Shown here: in pieces, positions 1 through 9,645 of the stretch
Layout: the number at the start of each line of letters is the position of its first letter
Numbering within the stretch: position 1 is the first letter of the stretch
The notes under the pieces: model-generated
Database searches by the model: none
What the model was told of the DNA's origin: nothing
What the model saw: only the letters and a program-made list of their open reading frames with translations
From: Candidatus Hydrothermarchaeales archaeon
Lineage (GTDB): Archaea; Hydrothermarchaeota; Hydrothermarchaeia; Hydrothermarchaeales; JAZGAD01
Direction: 5' to 3'
Assembly: GCA_036444275.1 (NCBI GenBank)
Contig: JAZGAD010000060.1
Location: 1 to 29,530, forward strand
Length of the DNA: 29,530 nucleotides
Program-made: the position numbers and the translations under genes

Positions 1-1080
1 TTCGAGGACATTGGTGCCCAGACCGTAGATGATCTACAGCAGAACGATGCCGAGTTCATGTTCGTGAAGGATTTGATTGTCTTTGATCACTGGAGGGAAG
101 AGGTCCTTTTAGTGTCGAATATACTCCTCCAAAACAGTGGAAATTTGCAGGAGGAATTAGGCAATGCCATGGAAAAGATCAGGGGGCTAGAGGCTCTGGT
201 AAAGGAATCAAAGCCGAGAAGTCCTAGATACGATGGAGGCACTATCGAGATTAAGAGCAACTTCACTAGAGAAACCTTTGAGGAAGTGGTGCGGAAAACC
301 AAGGAATATATCTATGCCGGTGATATCCTTCAGGGAGTGCTCTCCCAGAGGTTTGCATGCGATACAAAGGCTGACCCCTTCGACATATACCTCGCCCTTA
401 AGGAGATAAATCCCTCTCCATACATGTACTTCCTTGAATTCGGCGAGCTGAAGATAATAGGCTCCAGCCCAGAGATCCTGGTCAGAGTGGATAGAGGTAA
501 AGCAATAGTCCGCCCAATAGCGGGTACCAGACCCAGGGGTAATGATGTGGTAGAAGATGAGTCCCTCGCCAGGGAGATGATGAATGACCCGAAGGAGCGG
601 GCAGAGCACGTCATGCTCGTTGACCTCGGTAGGAATGATGTGGGGAAGGTATCTAGGTTCGGAACAGTAAATGTAAATGAGTTCATGGCTATTGAGAAAT
701 ACTCCCATGTGCAGCACATAGTGAGCAACGTGGAGGGAGAGCTACGTGACGATATGGATGCCTTCGATGTCTTAGAGGCTAGTTTTCCAGCTGGTACAGT
801 GAGCGGTGCCCCCAAGGTCAGGGCGATGCAGATAATAGAGGAGCTTGAGCCTCATCGTAGAGGTATATACGCCGGTGCAGTAGGCTATTTCTGTTTCAAC
901 CGGGACATGGATTTCGCCATAACCATACGCACGATAGTCATGCAAGGTGCGAAGGCATATGTTCAGGCTGGCGCTGGGATAGTAGCCGATTCAGATCCTG
1001 CGAGAGAATATCAGGAGACCGTGAACAAGGGCAAAGGTATGCTTAAGGCGATAGAGCTGGCGGGAGGGCAAGAGAGATGA
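1..1080 (+). CDS. trpE: Anthranilate synthase component I (5'-truncated by the window edge)
   Basis: Frame is open from base 1 (FEDIGAQ...). Motifs NPSPYMY, GSSPE, PIAGTRPRG, KERAEHVMLVDLGRND, PAGTVSGAPK, QAGAGIVADS. Adjacent to trpG/D/F. Confidence 0.95.
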   Translation, partial: FEDIGAQTVDDLQQNDAEFMFVKDLIVFDHWREEVLLVSNILLQNSGNLQEELGNAMEKIRGLEALVKESKPRSPRYDGGTIEIKSNFTRETFEEVVRKTKEYIYAGDILQGVLSQRFACDTKADPFDIYLALKEINPSPYMYFLEFGELKIIGSSPEILVRVDRGKAIVRPIAGTRPRGNDVVEDESLAREMMNDPKERAEHVMLVDLGRNDVGKVSRFGTVNVNEFMAIEKYSHVQHIVSNVEGELRDDMDAFDVLEASFPAGTVSGAPKVRAMQIIEELEPHRRGIYAGAVGYFCFNRDMDFAITIRTIVMQGAKAYVQAGAGIVADSDPAREYQETVNKGKGMLKAIELAGGQER

Positions 1081-1649
1081 GCGTTCTCATTATAGACAAT
1101 ATCGATTCATTCGTTTACAACTTGTACCAGTATGTCGGCGAGTTGAGGGAAGATGTCGTGGTGAAGAGAAATCATATTTCCGTAGATGAGGTAGAAGAGA
1201 TCAACCCAGACAAGATCATTCTAAGCCCTGGCCCAGGAATTCCGGAGAGAGCTGGGAATAGTATAGCGATAATAAAAAGGTTCTCAAGTGAGATCCCCAT
1301 CTTGGGAGTATGCTTGGGGCATCAAGCGATAGGCGCAGCCTTTGGTGCCAAAGTTGGGCGAGCAAAGAATTTGATGCATGGCAAGACAAGCGAAATAGAG
1401 CACGATGGCAGAAGCATTTATCGTGATGTAAGCAACCCACTGACTGCTACGCGCTACCATTCCCTTGCAATTGAGGACGAGGGCTTTCCCAGGGAGCTGG
1501 AGGTAACTTCTAGGAGCAAGGGCGATGACATCATCATGGGTGTGCGCCATAAGAAGTACGCGGTGGAAGGCATACAGTTCCACCCAGAATCTATTTTAAC
1601 CAGTGAAGGGAAGCATATTATGAGAAATTTCCTCGAGCTAGAGAGGTGA
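1077..1649 (+). CDS. trpG: Anthranilate synthase component II (glutamine amidotransferase)
   Basis: IDNIDSFVYNL, SPGPG, GVCLGHQ, RYHSL, QFHPES. ATGA overlap with trpE. Confidence 0.95.
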   Translation: MSVLIIDNIDSFVYNLYQYVGELREDVVVKRNHISVDEVEEINPDKIILSPGPGIPERAGNSIAIIKRFSSEIPILGVCLGHQAIGAAFGAKVGRAKNLMHGKTSEIEHDGRSIYRDVSNPLTATRYHSLAIEDEGFPRELEVTSRSKGDDIIMGVRHKKYAVEGIQFHPESILTSEGKHIMRNFLELER

Positions 1650-1653
1650 TGAG

Positions 1654-2682
1654 ATGAAGGAGTTCATAAACAAGGTAGTGGAGGGACAGGATTTAAGTGA
1701 GACTGAAGCTCAGGAAGCAATGAAGGCTATGATGTCTGGGGATGCGACCCAAGCACAGATGGGCGCCTTTCTCACAGCACTGCGGATGAAGGGCGAAACC
1801 ATAGGGGAGGTATCTGCCTTTGCAAAAGTCATGAGAGAGTTTGCATCTTCTATTCACCCTAAAGTAAAGGAAACCCTTGTGGATACATGCGGCACAGGCG
1901 GCGACAAGATAAAGACCTTCAACATCAGCACCCTAGCTGCCTTCGTTGTCGCTGGAGCAGGTGTACCGATAGCCAAACATGGTAATCGCTCGGTTACATC
2001 CAAGTCCGGGAGCGCCGATGTGCTTGAGGCTCTCGGTCTAAAGCTCGACGTAACCCCAGAGGAAGTGGAGAGGAGTATAGAAGATATAGGTATAGGATTC
2101 ATGTTTGCGCCTACGTTTCACAAGGCAATGAAGTACGCTATAGGCCCCAGGAAAGAGGTTGGTATAAGGACTGTTTTTAACATACTCGGTCCTCTTACGA
2201 ATCCTGCCAGCGCAAAGGCACAGATATTAGGGGTGTACGATCCAGGCCTAACAGAAAAGCTTGCGAGTGTGCTCGCCAATCTAGGTGTGGAACGCGCTAT
2301 GGTGGTGCATGGATTGGAGGGCATAGATGAGATATCCACTATGAGCAAGACACAGATATCCGAGTTGAAAGACTCTGAAGTGATAAACTATACAATTAAA
2401 CCAGAGGACCTGGGCTTTAAGCGTGCTTCCACTACGGACCTAGCTGGATGGGATATTGCATATAACGCCAAGGTAACAATGGATGTATTGAAGGACAAGG
2501 AGAAAGGCCCAAAGAGGGACATAGTTGTCCTCAACGCTGCAGCTGGAATATATGTTGGGGGCAAAGCTGAAACACTTGCGGAATGCATCGAGATAGCTAA
2601 TGTCTCCATAGACTCTGGAGAGGCATTCGGAAAGCTACAGGCACTGATCGAGAGTTCTGGTGGGGTTCTACAGCCTCCTTGA
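1654..2682 (+). CDS. trpD: Anthranilate phosphoribosyltransferase
   Basis: DTCGTGGD, FNIST, KHGNRSVTSKSGSADVLEALG, RTVFNILGPLTNP, GIDE. Confidence 0.97.
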   Translation: MKEFINKVVEGQDLSETEAQEAMKAMMSGDATQAQMGAFLTALRMKGETIGEVSAFAKVMREFASSIHPKVKETLVDTCGTGGDKIKTFNISTLAAFVVAGAGVPIAKHGNRSVTSKSGSADVLEALGLKLDVTPEEVERSIEDIGIGFMFAPTFHKAMKYAIGPRKEVGIRTVFNILGPLTNPASAKAQILGVYDPGLTEKLASVLANLGVERAMVVHGLEGIDEISTMSKTQISELKDSEVINYTIKPEDLGFKRASTTDLAGWDIAYNAKVTMDVLKDKEKGPKRDIVVLNAAAGIYVGGKAETLAECIEIANVSIDSGEAFGKLQALIESSGGVLQPP

Positions 2683-2690
2683 GGATTGAT

Positions 2691-3332
2691 ATGGCAAGGG
2701 TGAAGATCTGCGGCGTAACGAGCATAAAGGATGCCTTAATGTGCGCTGAGTTGGGGGCTGACGCTGTAGGCACCATAGTCGAGGTCCCGGTGGATACCCC
2801 AAGGAAGATCTCTACATCCAAAGCTAGTGAGATCGTAGCTTCTCTACCACTATTCGTGGACAGCGTCGCCGTCGTTATGCCTAAGAGTGTGGAAGAGGCT
2901 ATAGGCTTTTTCAGGGAGATAGAACCTACGGCACTCCAGCTTCATAGAAAAGAGAGCCCGGAATTCGTTAGAAAGCTCAAAGAATCCATCTCCTGCCGGA
3001 TTATCAAGAGCATTCCGATAAGGGATGAAAGCTCTTTGGAGGATGCCCGAGTATATTCAGAACTCTGCGATGCCATTTTGCTGGATAGTCCTTCGCCCAA
3101 GCTCGGTGGAAGTGGGGAGACACACAACTGGGAGTTATCCAGGGCAATAGTTCGTGAGCTTAAGGTACCGGTGATATTGGCAGGTGGTTTAACCCCTGAG
3201 AACGTTGCTGATGCAGTAGCGTTCGTTAGACCATATGCTGTCGATGTCTCTAGTGGAGTCGAGATAGAAGGAGAAAAGGGAAAGAAGGATTACACCAAGG
3301 TCAAGGAATTCATAGAGCGAGCCAGGGGGTAG
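2691..3332 (+). CDS. trpF: Phosphoribosylanthranilate isomerase
   Basis: VKICGVT, GGSGETHNW, LAGGLTPENV, VDVSSGVE. ATG 2691 follows a GAGG (alternative TTG start at 2679). Confidence 0.95.
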   Translation: MARVKICGVTSIKDALMCAELGADAVGTIVEVPVDTPRKISTSKASEIVASLPLFVDSVAVVMPKSVEEAIGFFREIEPTALQLHRKESPEFVRKLKESISCRIIKSIPIRDESSLEDARVYSELCDAILLDSPSPKLGGSGETHNWELSRAIVRELKVPVILAGGLTPENVADAVAFVRPYAVDVSSGVEIEGEKGKKDYTKVKEFIERARG

Positions 3333-3336
3333 CTAC

Positions 3337-4548
3337 TTGAGGATGGATTGCGACTTCCATATCCACAGCAGGTATTCCGCTGCTACCTCCAACAAGATGG
3401 ACCTTGAGACCATCTCTAGACAGGCGATCTTGAAAGGACTGAGTGTGGTAGGTACAGGTGATGCCCTGCATTCCAAGTGGCTAGACGAGATAAAATCCCT
3501 TAATCCTTATTCGGAGGGGGTCTACGAGTTAAACGATTGTAAATTCGTCATCACCGTGGAGGTAGAGGATAATAGACGGGTGCACCATGTTATCTTCATC
3601 CCGGATATCGCTTCAGCGGAATCCCTACGCGAATCCCTAGCTAAATTTTCAGTGGACATGGAGCAGGATGGCAGGCCCCACCTTAGGCTTGGTGGAGAGG
3701 AGATAGTGGAGCACGTCGAGGAGGTCGATGGATTAGTGGGCCCATCCCATGCCTTCGTCCCCTGGACCAGTATATACAAGGAATACAATAGCCTGAAGGA
3801 GTGCTATGGTAGTAAAGTTGACAAGATAAAGTTCTTGGAGCTTGGGTTGAGCGCAGATACATACCTCGCGGACCGCATCTCTGAACTTCAGGATATAACC
3901 TTACTCTCTAATTCAGATGCCCATTCACCCTGGCCCCACCGCCTGGGCAGGGAGTTCAACCGCCTAGAAATCAGCGAGGTGAGCTTCCCTGCTATAAGGA
4001 AGGCACTTGAGCGGAAGAACGGACACGGCGTAGTGCTTAATGTCGGCCTAGATCCAAGGTTAGGGAAATATCACCGCACTGCCTGCATAAAGTGCCTAAC
4101 CCACTACAATTTGGAAGAGGCAACACAACTACGCTGGAGGTGCTCTGAGTGCAGGGGCATTCTCAAGAAAGGGGTGACGGACAGAATAGAAGAGCTTGCC
4201 AGCTACACTGCTCCAAGGCATCCCGGCCATAGACCTAAGTACGTGAGGATAGCCCCTCTCGCGGAGATCCTTTCTTTAGCATTGAAGCATCAGATATATT
4301 CTAATAAAATCCAGGAAGCGTGGAAAAAATTGGTCACTACTTGCGGGAGTGAGATAGCTGTACTGATCGATGCCCCTCTAGAAGAGATCACAATAACATC
4401 CGGGGAGAAGGTAGCGGAACTGATTAAGGCTTTTAGGGAGGGGCAATTCGGCATTATAGAGGGCGGCGGTGGAAAGTATGGAAAGGTATTATTCGGGGAG
4501 AAAGCTGAGAAGCTCAAGAGGACACAGACAAAATTGGATGGATTCTAG
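3337..4548 (+). CDS. Endonuclease Q (PHP domain + Zn finger; TIGR00375-like) DNA repair endonuclease
   Basis: DFHIHSRYS, ELGLSAD, SNSDAHSP, RLGREFN, GKYH-CxxC...CxxC-KKGV, GGGGKYG, and a C-terminal PIP-box-like QTKLDGF. Confidence 0.88.
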   Translation: MRMDCDFHIHSRYSAATSNKMDLETISRQAILKGLSVVGTGDALHSKWLDEIKSLNPYSEGVYELNDCKFVITVEVEDNRRVHHVIFIPDIASAESLRESLAKFSVDMEQDGRPHLRLGGEEIVEHVEEVDGLVGPSHAFVPWTSIYKEYNSLKECYGSKVDKIKFLELGLSADTYLADRISELQDITLLSNSDAHSPWPHRLGREFNRLEISEVSFPAIRKALERKNGHGVVLNVGLDPRLGKYHRTACIKCLTHYNLEEATQLRWRCSECRGILKKGVTDRIEELASYTAPRHPGHRPKYVRIAPLAEILSLALKHQIYSNKIQEAWKKLVTTCGSEIAVLIDAPLEEITITSGEKVAELIKAFREGQFGIIEGGGGKYGKVLFGEKAEKLKRTQTKLDGF

Positions 4549-4601
4549 ATCCAAACTCGAAAGATTGGGATAGATAGATACGTCGGATCGCAGGCTAGAA
4601 C

Positions 4602-4877
4602 TCAGTATATCTCTTCCGCACATCTCTTGGCTATACCATCCAGCTTGTCAGCTATCCCCTTGGGCACGACGCCATGCTCTGCTAGAACACTTGCCACGCA
4701 CTTAGAGAGGATGAAGACCGCATAGCGATGCTCCACCTTGCGCTTGTGTATGTGATGGGGCGATATGTTTAGGTTCCGGTATTCATCGAAATATGACTTC
4801 GGAGCGCCATTATCCATTAAGAACTTGCTGAGATAGAGCAGTAATTGATGAAGATAGATCAACTCCTCCTTATACAA
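4602..4877 (-). CDS. UPF0058 family archaeal protein
   Basis: MYKEELIYLHQLL...FDEY..LNISPHHIHK.K.EHRYAVF matches the family pattern as recalled. Confidence 0.8.
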   Translation of the reverse strand: MYKEELIYLHQLLLYLSKFLMDNGAPKSYFDEYRNLNISPHHIHKRKVEHRYAVFILSKCVASVLAEHGVVPKGIADKLDGIAKRCAEEIY

Positions 4878-4995
4878 TCGAATCGCCCCGAGTGCTAATC
4901 CGTATAGATTCCTTCCTATAAAAAACTTCAGTTGAACCAGTGGAAAGAGGGGTGCTTATCTAACTCTTAATTCGCTTATCATTTCCCACTGGAAA

Positions 4996-5535
4996 TTAGA
5001 TCGTCAGGCTCTCCAAGACATCATCAGAGGGATGCTGAAATCTTTCTTCTTGCCTCATCAAGGCCTCATGTACGTAGATAGGTGTTCCATAGCTCAATGC
5101 TAGGATGACGCTGTCCGAAGGCCGGGCGTCTATATCCAAGGTTCTGCCGTTCTCAAGGACGAGCGTGGCATAGAAGACACCTTTGTCCAGCCTATCTACA
5201 GAGATATAAGACAGCTTTATGCCAACCTTATTCAGAACTTCCTCTAGGAGGTCATGCATTAGGGGGCGGTCTGGAGATACATTGTTCATTAGCATAATTA
5301 TAATCTGAGCTTGGCCCTCACCTATGAATATGGGCAAGACACTGTCCGAATCCTTCTCACGGAGGTACATCACCCCGCCAGTATGGCTGATTTCCACATC
5401 CGTTATCTCTACCTCTACGTATCCAGAAGGAATATTTCGGCTCAAAGGCGTTGGCTTAAGGTAGACATGGGAAAAAGCTAACGCACCAAGTCCTATGCCC
5501 ACGAGCGCTACAAATAGTAGTAGATACTTCTTCAT
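4996..5535 (-). CDS. Bifunctional nuclease / DUF151 family protein with an N-terminal hydrophobic anchor
   Basis: LPIFIG, RPLMHDL, FYATL, DARPSDSVILAL. N-terminus MKKYLLLFVALVGIGLGALAF. Confidence 0.85.
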   Translation of the reverse strand: MKKYLLLFVALVGIGLGALAFSHVYLKPTPLSRNIPSGYVEVEITDVEISHTGGVMYLREKDSDSVLPIFIGEGQAQIIIMLMNNVSPDRPLMHDLLEEVLNKVGIKLSYISVDRLDKGVFYATLVLENGRTLDIDARPSDSVILALSYGTPIYVHEALMRQEERFQHPSDDVLESLTI

Positions 5536-5703
5536 GTTTGCTCCCTAAGTTTTTAACATTAAAAACATCACTGCCAACTGTCTTTTTACTAGGTAGACGC
5601 TACGGCAACCTCAAAGAATCTAAGCAGACCCCATTTGATTGTTGCGCCGTCCTCAAGTATGCTAGGCTAAAAAATGCACCTATTTTTATCTGTCTGGAAT
5701 AGA

Positions 5704-6555
5704 TTATATCACTAGTGATTGGAGTCTTGCAACGCGCTCTGGTGTCGGGGGGTGTGTACTGAAAAGCTTCAGAAGTGACATCTTTCTGAGGGGGTTCACG
5801 ATGAAGAGATGCGCGGTAGCGGGATTGGCATCCATCGGGGCCCTTGAAACGCCGTATTCCAGCCTCTTCAGGGCACTGGCAAGGGCATAGGGCTTCTTCG
5901 TAATTCTTGCTCCGGTTTCATCTGCTAGGTACTCCCTTGAGCGGGATATAGCGAGCTGTATGAGGGTCGCTGCTATGGGTGCTAAGATAGCGAGGAACAG
6001 AAAGCCCATCAGCCCACCACCATCTCCATCTCTATCTCGTCCACCGAAGCCTCCAAAGATGGCTGCCCACCGTGCCCAAACGGCAAGCATGGTTATCACA
6101 CCTGCCATCGTTGCTGCTACTGACTGGATTAAGATATCGCGGTTCTTCACATGGGCCAATTCATGGGCTAACACGCCCTCCAGCTCTTCTCTACTCAGGA
6201 GCTGCAGGATACCAGTAGTCACAGCGACAGCTGCATGCTCCTTGTTTCTACCGGTGGCAAAGGCGTTTGGAGTGGCTGAATTCATTAGGTATACCTTGGG
6301 TTTTGGTAGCTTGGCCTGTAGTATAAGGTTATCCACGATGGAGTGAAGTTCAGGCGCTTCAGAGGGGGAAACCTCTTTAGCATGGTACATCTTTAGGACT
6401 ATCTTGTCGCTGTACCAGTAGCTCCCGAAATTTATTACTACAGCGAAGATGAATGCTACAATCATACCCCCCGGACCGCCTACGAATCTGCCAACCAGTA
6501 CGAGCAGTCCAGTTAGTGCTCCCAAGAGCAGCGTCATTCTGAATATGTTACTCAT
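5704..6555 (-). CDS. htpX: Zinc metalloprotease HtpX (peptidase M48)
   Basis: [14 protein letters not shown] (HExxH), [15 protein letters not shown], four hydrophobic segments. Confidence 0.95.
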   Translation of the reverse strand: MSNIFRMTLLLGALTGLLVLVGRFVGGPGGMIVAFIFAVVINFGSYWYSDKIVLKMYHAKEVSPSEAPELHSIVDNLILQAKLPKPKVYLMNSATPNAFATGRNKEHAAVAVTTGILQLLSREELEGVLAHELAHVKNRDILIQSVAATMAGVITMLAVWARWAAIFGGFGGRDRDGDGGGLMGFLFLAILAPIAATLIQLAISRSREYLADETGARITKKPYALASALKRLEYGVSRAPMDANPATAHLFIVNPLRKMSLLKLFSTHPPTPERVARLQSLVI

Positions 6556-6769
6556 CTCTCATGCACCTAAGTTTGGAATAGCTTTAATCGATAACTGCAA
6601 TGCTGTCCCTCAACATCAGCAAATATCTCGTTGCCCTTTATAGTTATAAGTTTAACTATGAAAACTCCAATCGGATTTTGCCTTCTAAGCGCTCATCCCA
6701 GTAGAGCACCACGATATTCTCACGTCCTTTTAGGCCCACATAGCTCAGCGTATTTCTCTTTGACGTATC

Positions 6770-7309
6770 CTACTGTTGATCTCTCTTATCTTCTTTATAG
6801 AAAAACTCCTCACTCCAGTCGATTCTGCCGGGCTCGAATTCCTCTCCTTTGCCTCCTAGGATCTTAACAATGTCCTTGGCTACGTCTTCACTTTTTTTCT
6901 TGGAAGTGTCTATCTCGAAGACTTTTTCGCTTCCATGTTCTTTGATGCTTTCTATCAGGCATACGTCGAGAGCTTCTGCCTCCAGGTTTTCATCTAGTTT
7001 TTTCTTCCTGAAATTTCTAAGGCGCTTCCTTAGGATATCTGGATGAGCTCGCAAGACTATAATTACATCGCCAAATGACAATAGGTGAGAAAGATGCCCC
7101 TCAATTATGACATCACCTTCCACATTTTTCAGTTGCTCTGAGACTTTGTCCATATCTAATATCTTCGATTCCCTCTCAGCGTCATAGCCTACGACAACGT
7201 CTCCCCCTAACTCGTTAATTCTTATTAATCGGTATCCCAGCTTACCAGCTAAATGCCGGGCGACCGTACTCTTACCAGTGCCCGGCGTACCGGTGATAAG
7301 GACAATCAT
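6770..7309 (-). CDS. Archaeal AK6/Fap7-type adenylate kinase / ATPase
   Basis: P-loop GTPGTGKS, EGHLSH, LRAHP..L..RL, ENLEAE, EIDTS, IDW. ATG at 7309 (alternative TTG 7315). Confidence 0.85.
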   Translation of the reverse strand: MIVLITGTPGTGKSTVARHLAGKLGYRLIRINELGGDVVVGYDAERESKILDMDKVSEQLKNVEGDVIIEGHLSHLLSFGDVIIVLRAHPDILRKRLRNFRKKKLDENLEAEALDVCLIESIKEHGSEKVFEIDTSKKKSEDVAKDIVKILGGKGEEFEPGRIDWSEEFFYKEDKRDQQ

Positions 7310-7316
7310 ATCCAAT

Positions 7317-7904
7317 TTAAACGGCCTTGATCCCCGCTACTCTCACTGTTCTTTTGTGCCCCAATGCCTCTAGGTCCTTGTATATCATGGTTCTGGAAAC
7401 GCCGAAGATCTCAGCGACACTAGCTATGTTTATGGCAGAGGGGTTATTATCCACCAACTGGAGAATCCTCTTTATGCGCTGCCTCCTTATAGTGGCGTCA
7501 TGCGCCTTCTCCAAGACATCCTCATTTATAGAGGCTATTATGGTGGTATAAACCCTTCCCGGCAAGGGCGTGACTATGGTCTTACTGAATATATCAGCAA
7601 TCTCTCCGTTTTTCGTAGCGAGTAATTGATTCAGCTTCTCTGTGGCCTTCCTCATGGCATGTTCCCTGCTCACCCCTCTCTCGTTTACACCGATCAGCTC
7701 CTTGTGGCGGGGGGAATTTCCATTTAGTACCACGGTGGTCGTTACCGTAACTGCCAGTGGGCCAAATGCAACCTCGCACTCAGTCTTGCTTATCAGCCCA
7801 TCTGCCCCCTTAAGCTCCTCGTTCATATCCTCAATAACACTCTGAAGGGCTGTTCCAACTTCAGGGCCGCTTTTGGATTTGCTGATAACCTTCATAGTTC
7901 TCAA
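7317..7904 (-). CDS. Uncharacterised protein with a C-terminal helix-turn-helix
   Basis: C-terminal NIASVAEIFGVSRTMIYKDL is a typical HTH. Tightly linked to the kinase gene. Start may be ATG 7895. Confidence 0.65.
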   Translation of the reverse strand: MRTMKVISKSKSGPEVGTALQSVIEDMNEELKGADGLISKTECEVAFGPLAVTVTTTVVLNGNSPRHKELIGVNERGVSREHAMRKATEKLNQLLATKNGEIADIFSKTIVTPLPGRVYTTIIASINEDVLEKAHDATIRRQRIKRILQLVDNNPSAINIASVAEIFGVSRTMIYKDLEALGHKRTVRVAGIKAV

Positions 7905-8018
7905 TCCAACATTGGCTTATTACTAGATAAATATTTCTCTAACTCTTAACCCTAACCTAAAATTAGATTAAATTCCGACTTCCATGGATACCAACTAAAT
8001 GGGGTCTACTACATTAAC

Positions 8019-8621
8019 CTACAATTCTTCGGTAATCCTAAAGTGGACCTTCGCTACTTCAGTTAGTATTTCCCTACCATGTTTCTCTATGAGCTTTCTT
8101 GCAGCTTCCTTTACATGGGCAGAGCCGCGAGGTAGTGGCATCTCCAGCCTCCTGGATAGGGCTTCGTGCTTCCTAAGAAACTCTGCTCTAGCCAAGATAG
8201 ATGCAGCTGCTACTGCCCTGTCGCTTTCACCGGAAGTTAAGAAAGAAATATCAACCCCCTCTATGTTTTTAAGTACATTTGCTTCATCCCCGAATTTATC
8301 TACTATTATCCGTTTTGGCGTGCATTGACCCAAAATTTCCTTTATAGCTTTAGCGTGCATCCATCCGAGGATCTGATTTAGATTATATACCCCTCCACTA
8401 TCCTTGTGGAGCTGGTTATACCTCTTAGGGGAAACACTCACTATGGAATAGATGCACCTCTTCTTTATCTCTTCCTCCAGCCTAGATATCTGGGTACTGC
8501 TCAGGCTTTTGGAATCCCTCACACCCATCTCTTTTAGAGTTTTTTCGTCGCATGCAACACAGGCAACCGCGATGTAACCAAAGTAGTCCCCTTTACCGGC
8601 TTCATCGCTTCCAGCTATCAT
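8019..8621 (-). CDS. rnhC: Ribonuclease HIII-type enzyme (catalytic domain only)
   Basis: GSDEAGKGDYFG, RDSK, YNQL..NLNQILGWMHAKAI, IVDKF, GES.AVAAASILAR, LPRGS, VAKVHF. This is a DEDE active site, typical of RNase HIII rather than DEDD RNase HII. Confidence 0.8.
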   Translation of the reverse strand: MIAGSDEAGKGDYFGYIAVACVACDEKTLKEMGVRDSKSLSSTQISRLEEEIKKRCIYSIVSVSPKRYNQLHKDSGGVYNLNQILGWMHAKAIKEILGQCTPKRIIVDKFGDEANVLKNIEGVDISFLTSGESDRAVAAASILARAEFLRKHEALSRRLEMPLPRGSAHVKEAARKLIEKHGREILTEVAKVHFRITEEL

Positions 8622-8705
8622 TGCCTGTCCTTCCTTCCTGTCTTAACAATACAAATAAAAATTAGAGACGGGTAGTATTTCCTTTAAGTGCTGCTATTAT
8701 AGGTG

Positions 8706-9605
8706 TTATGTTACAGCAACCTTGGAGATGTCTGCTATCCTGTTCAATACGTCGGTCCGGGTTATTATTCCCTTGGCTCTCCCCTCGTCGTCGACTATAA
8801 TGAGCCTGCTTATGTTGTGTTTCTCCATCTCTTCTATGGCTTTTGAGAGGAATGCGTTCTCTTCGATTACATAAAGCTCCTTAGTCATGATTTCTCGCAC
8901 TGTCAGGTCTTCCTTGCCCTCTGCTAGGGCTCTCGCCACATCCACTGTGGAGAGCATCCCTACTGGCTTCTCATTCTCCACAACCGGCGCCCCTCTGATC
9001 TTTTCTCTAGCGAATATCCCGGCTCCCTCCCTAATAGTCATGGTGGGGGATAGAGTTTTCAGCTTGATTGTCCCAACGTCTACTATCCGCTCCTTTGGGA
9101 TGCTGAACATACCTAAGGTCTCTATAAGCAGAACATTATCGATATCATCCCTACCAATGACATGCCCTGTTATCACCAGTTTGTTTACCGGTGTAGGACC
9201 AATTTTTAAGGTATCCCCTAGAGCTATACTCTTCAGGCTTCCTATGAGATGGATCGTCGCCCTGCATTTGTTGGGGTCGGCAATATCTATAAGACTTATA
9301 TCTCTAACTATGAGGTCCTCCAGCATTCGGCCGTCAATGGAGATGGGTATGATTACCTCCCGTTCTATCTTCTCAAAATTCAGGATCTTGTAGCCTTCAG
9401 TAGTCGGGGCATAGCCGCCTTTGGGTCCTGGTACTCCTTCCACAAGTCCCAAGGAGCGGAGGGCCTGCATCTGGTTCCGTATAGTGCCCGGATTCTTCTT
9501 AACTAAAGTAGCGATGTCCTCACCCTTTATGGTTACTCCCCCAATTTTGTGATACAGGTCTATCAGTGCGAGGAGAATCTCCCTCTGCACCGGGGTTAAG
9601 TTCAT
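8706..9605 (-). CDS. Predicted transcriptional regulator: N-terminal wHTH, C-terminal CBS pair (COG2524-like)
   Basis: LTPVQREILLALIDLY, NPGTIRNQMQALRSLGLVEGVPGPKGGY, GPTP, two CBS repeats. ATG 9605 is preferred over the ORF-track start. Confidence 0.88.
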   Translation of the reverse strand: MNLTPVQREILLALIDLYHKIGGVTIKGEDIATLVKKNPGTIRNQMQALRSLGLVEGVPGPKGGYAPTTEGYKILNFEKIEREVIIPISIDGRMLEDLIVRDISLIDIADPNKCRATIHLIGSLKSIALGDTLKIGPTPVNKLVITGHVIGRDDIDNVLLIETLGMFSIPKERIVDVGTIKLKTLSPTMTIREGAGIFAREKIRGAPVVENEKPVGMLSTVDVARALAEGKEDLTVREIMTKELYVIEENAFLSKAIEEMEKHNISRLIIVDDEGRAKGIITRTDVLNRIADISKVAVT

Positions 9606-9612
9606 GGTGTGG

Positions 9613-9636
9613 TATATATACACTGCTGTATTTAAA
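9613..9636. promoter_or_regulatory. Two interleaved divergent TATA boxes
   Basis: TATATATA (9613-9620, + strand) lies ~25 nt before the NOG1 ATG. TTTAAATA (9636-9629, - strand) lies ~24 nt before ATG 9605. Confidence 0.55.
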
Positions 9637-9645
9637 TGATTTTAT

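Noticed and set aside
1-3332. Functional link between the trp genes and the island via chorismate or prephenate
   Set aside because: They are separated by 12 kb of unrelated genes, so the proximity is probably incidental.
4937-4992. Inverted repeat ccagtgg/ccactgg and a repeated gcttatc
   Set aside because: Only 7-10 bp with a long loop; insufficient to call a terminator or element.
6556-6769. Possible small ORFs between htpX and the kinase gene (including 6631-6867 +)
   Set aside because: No good start context or motif. The region more likely holds the htpX promoter.
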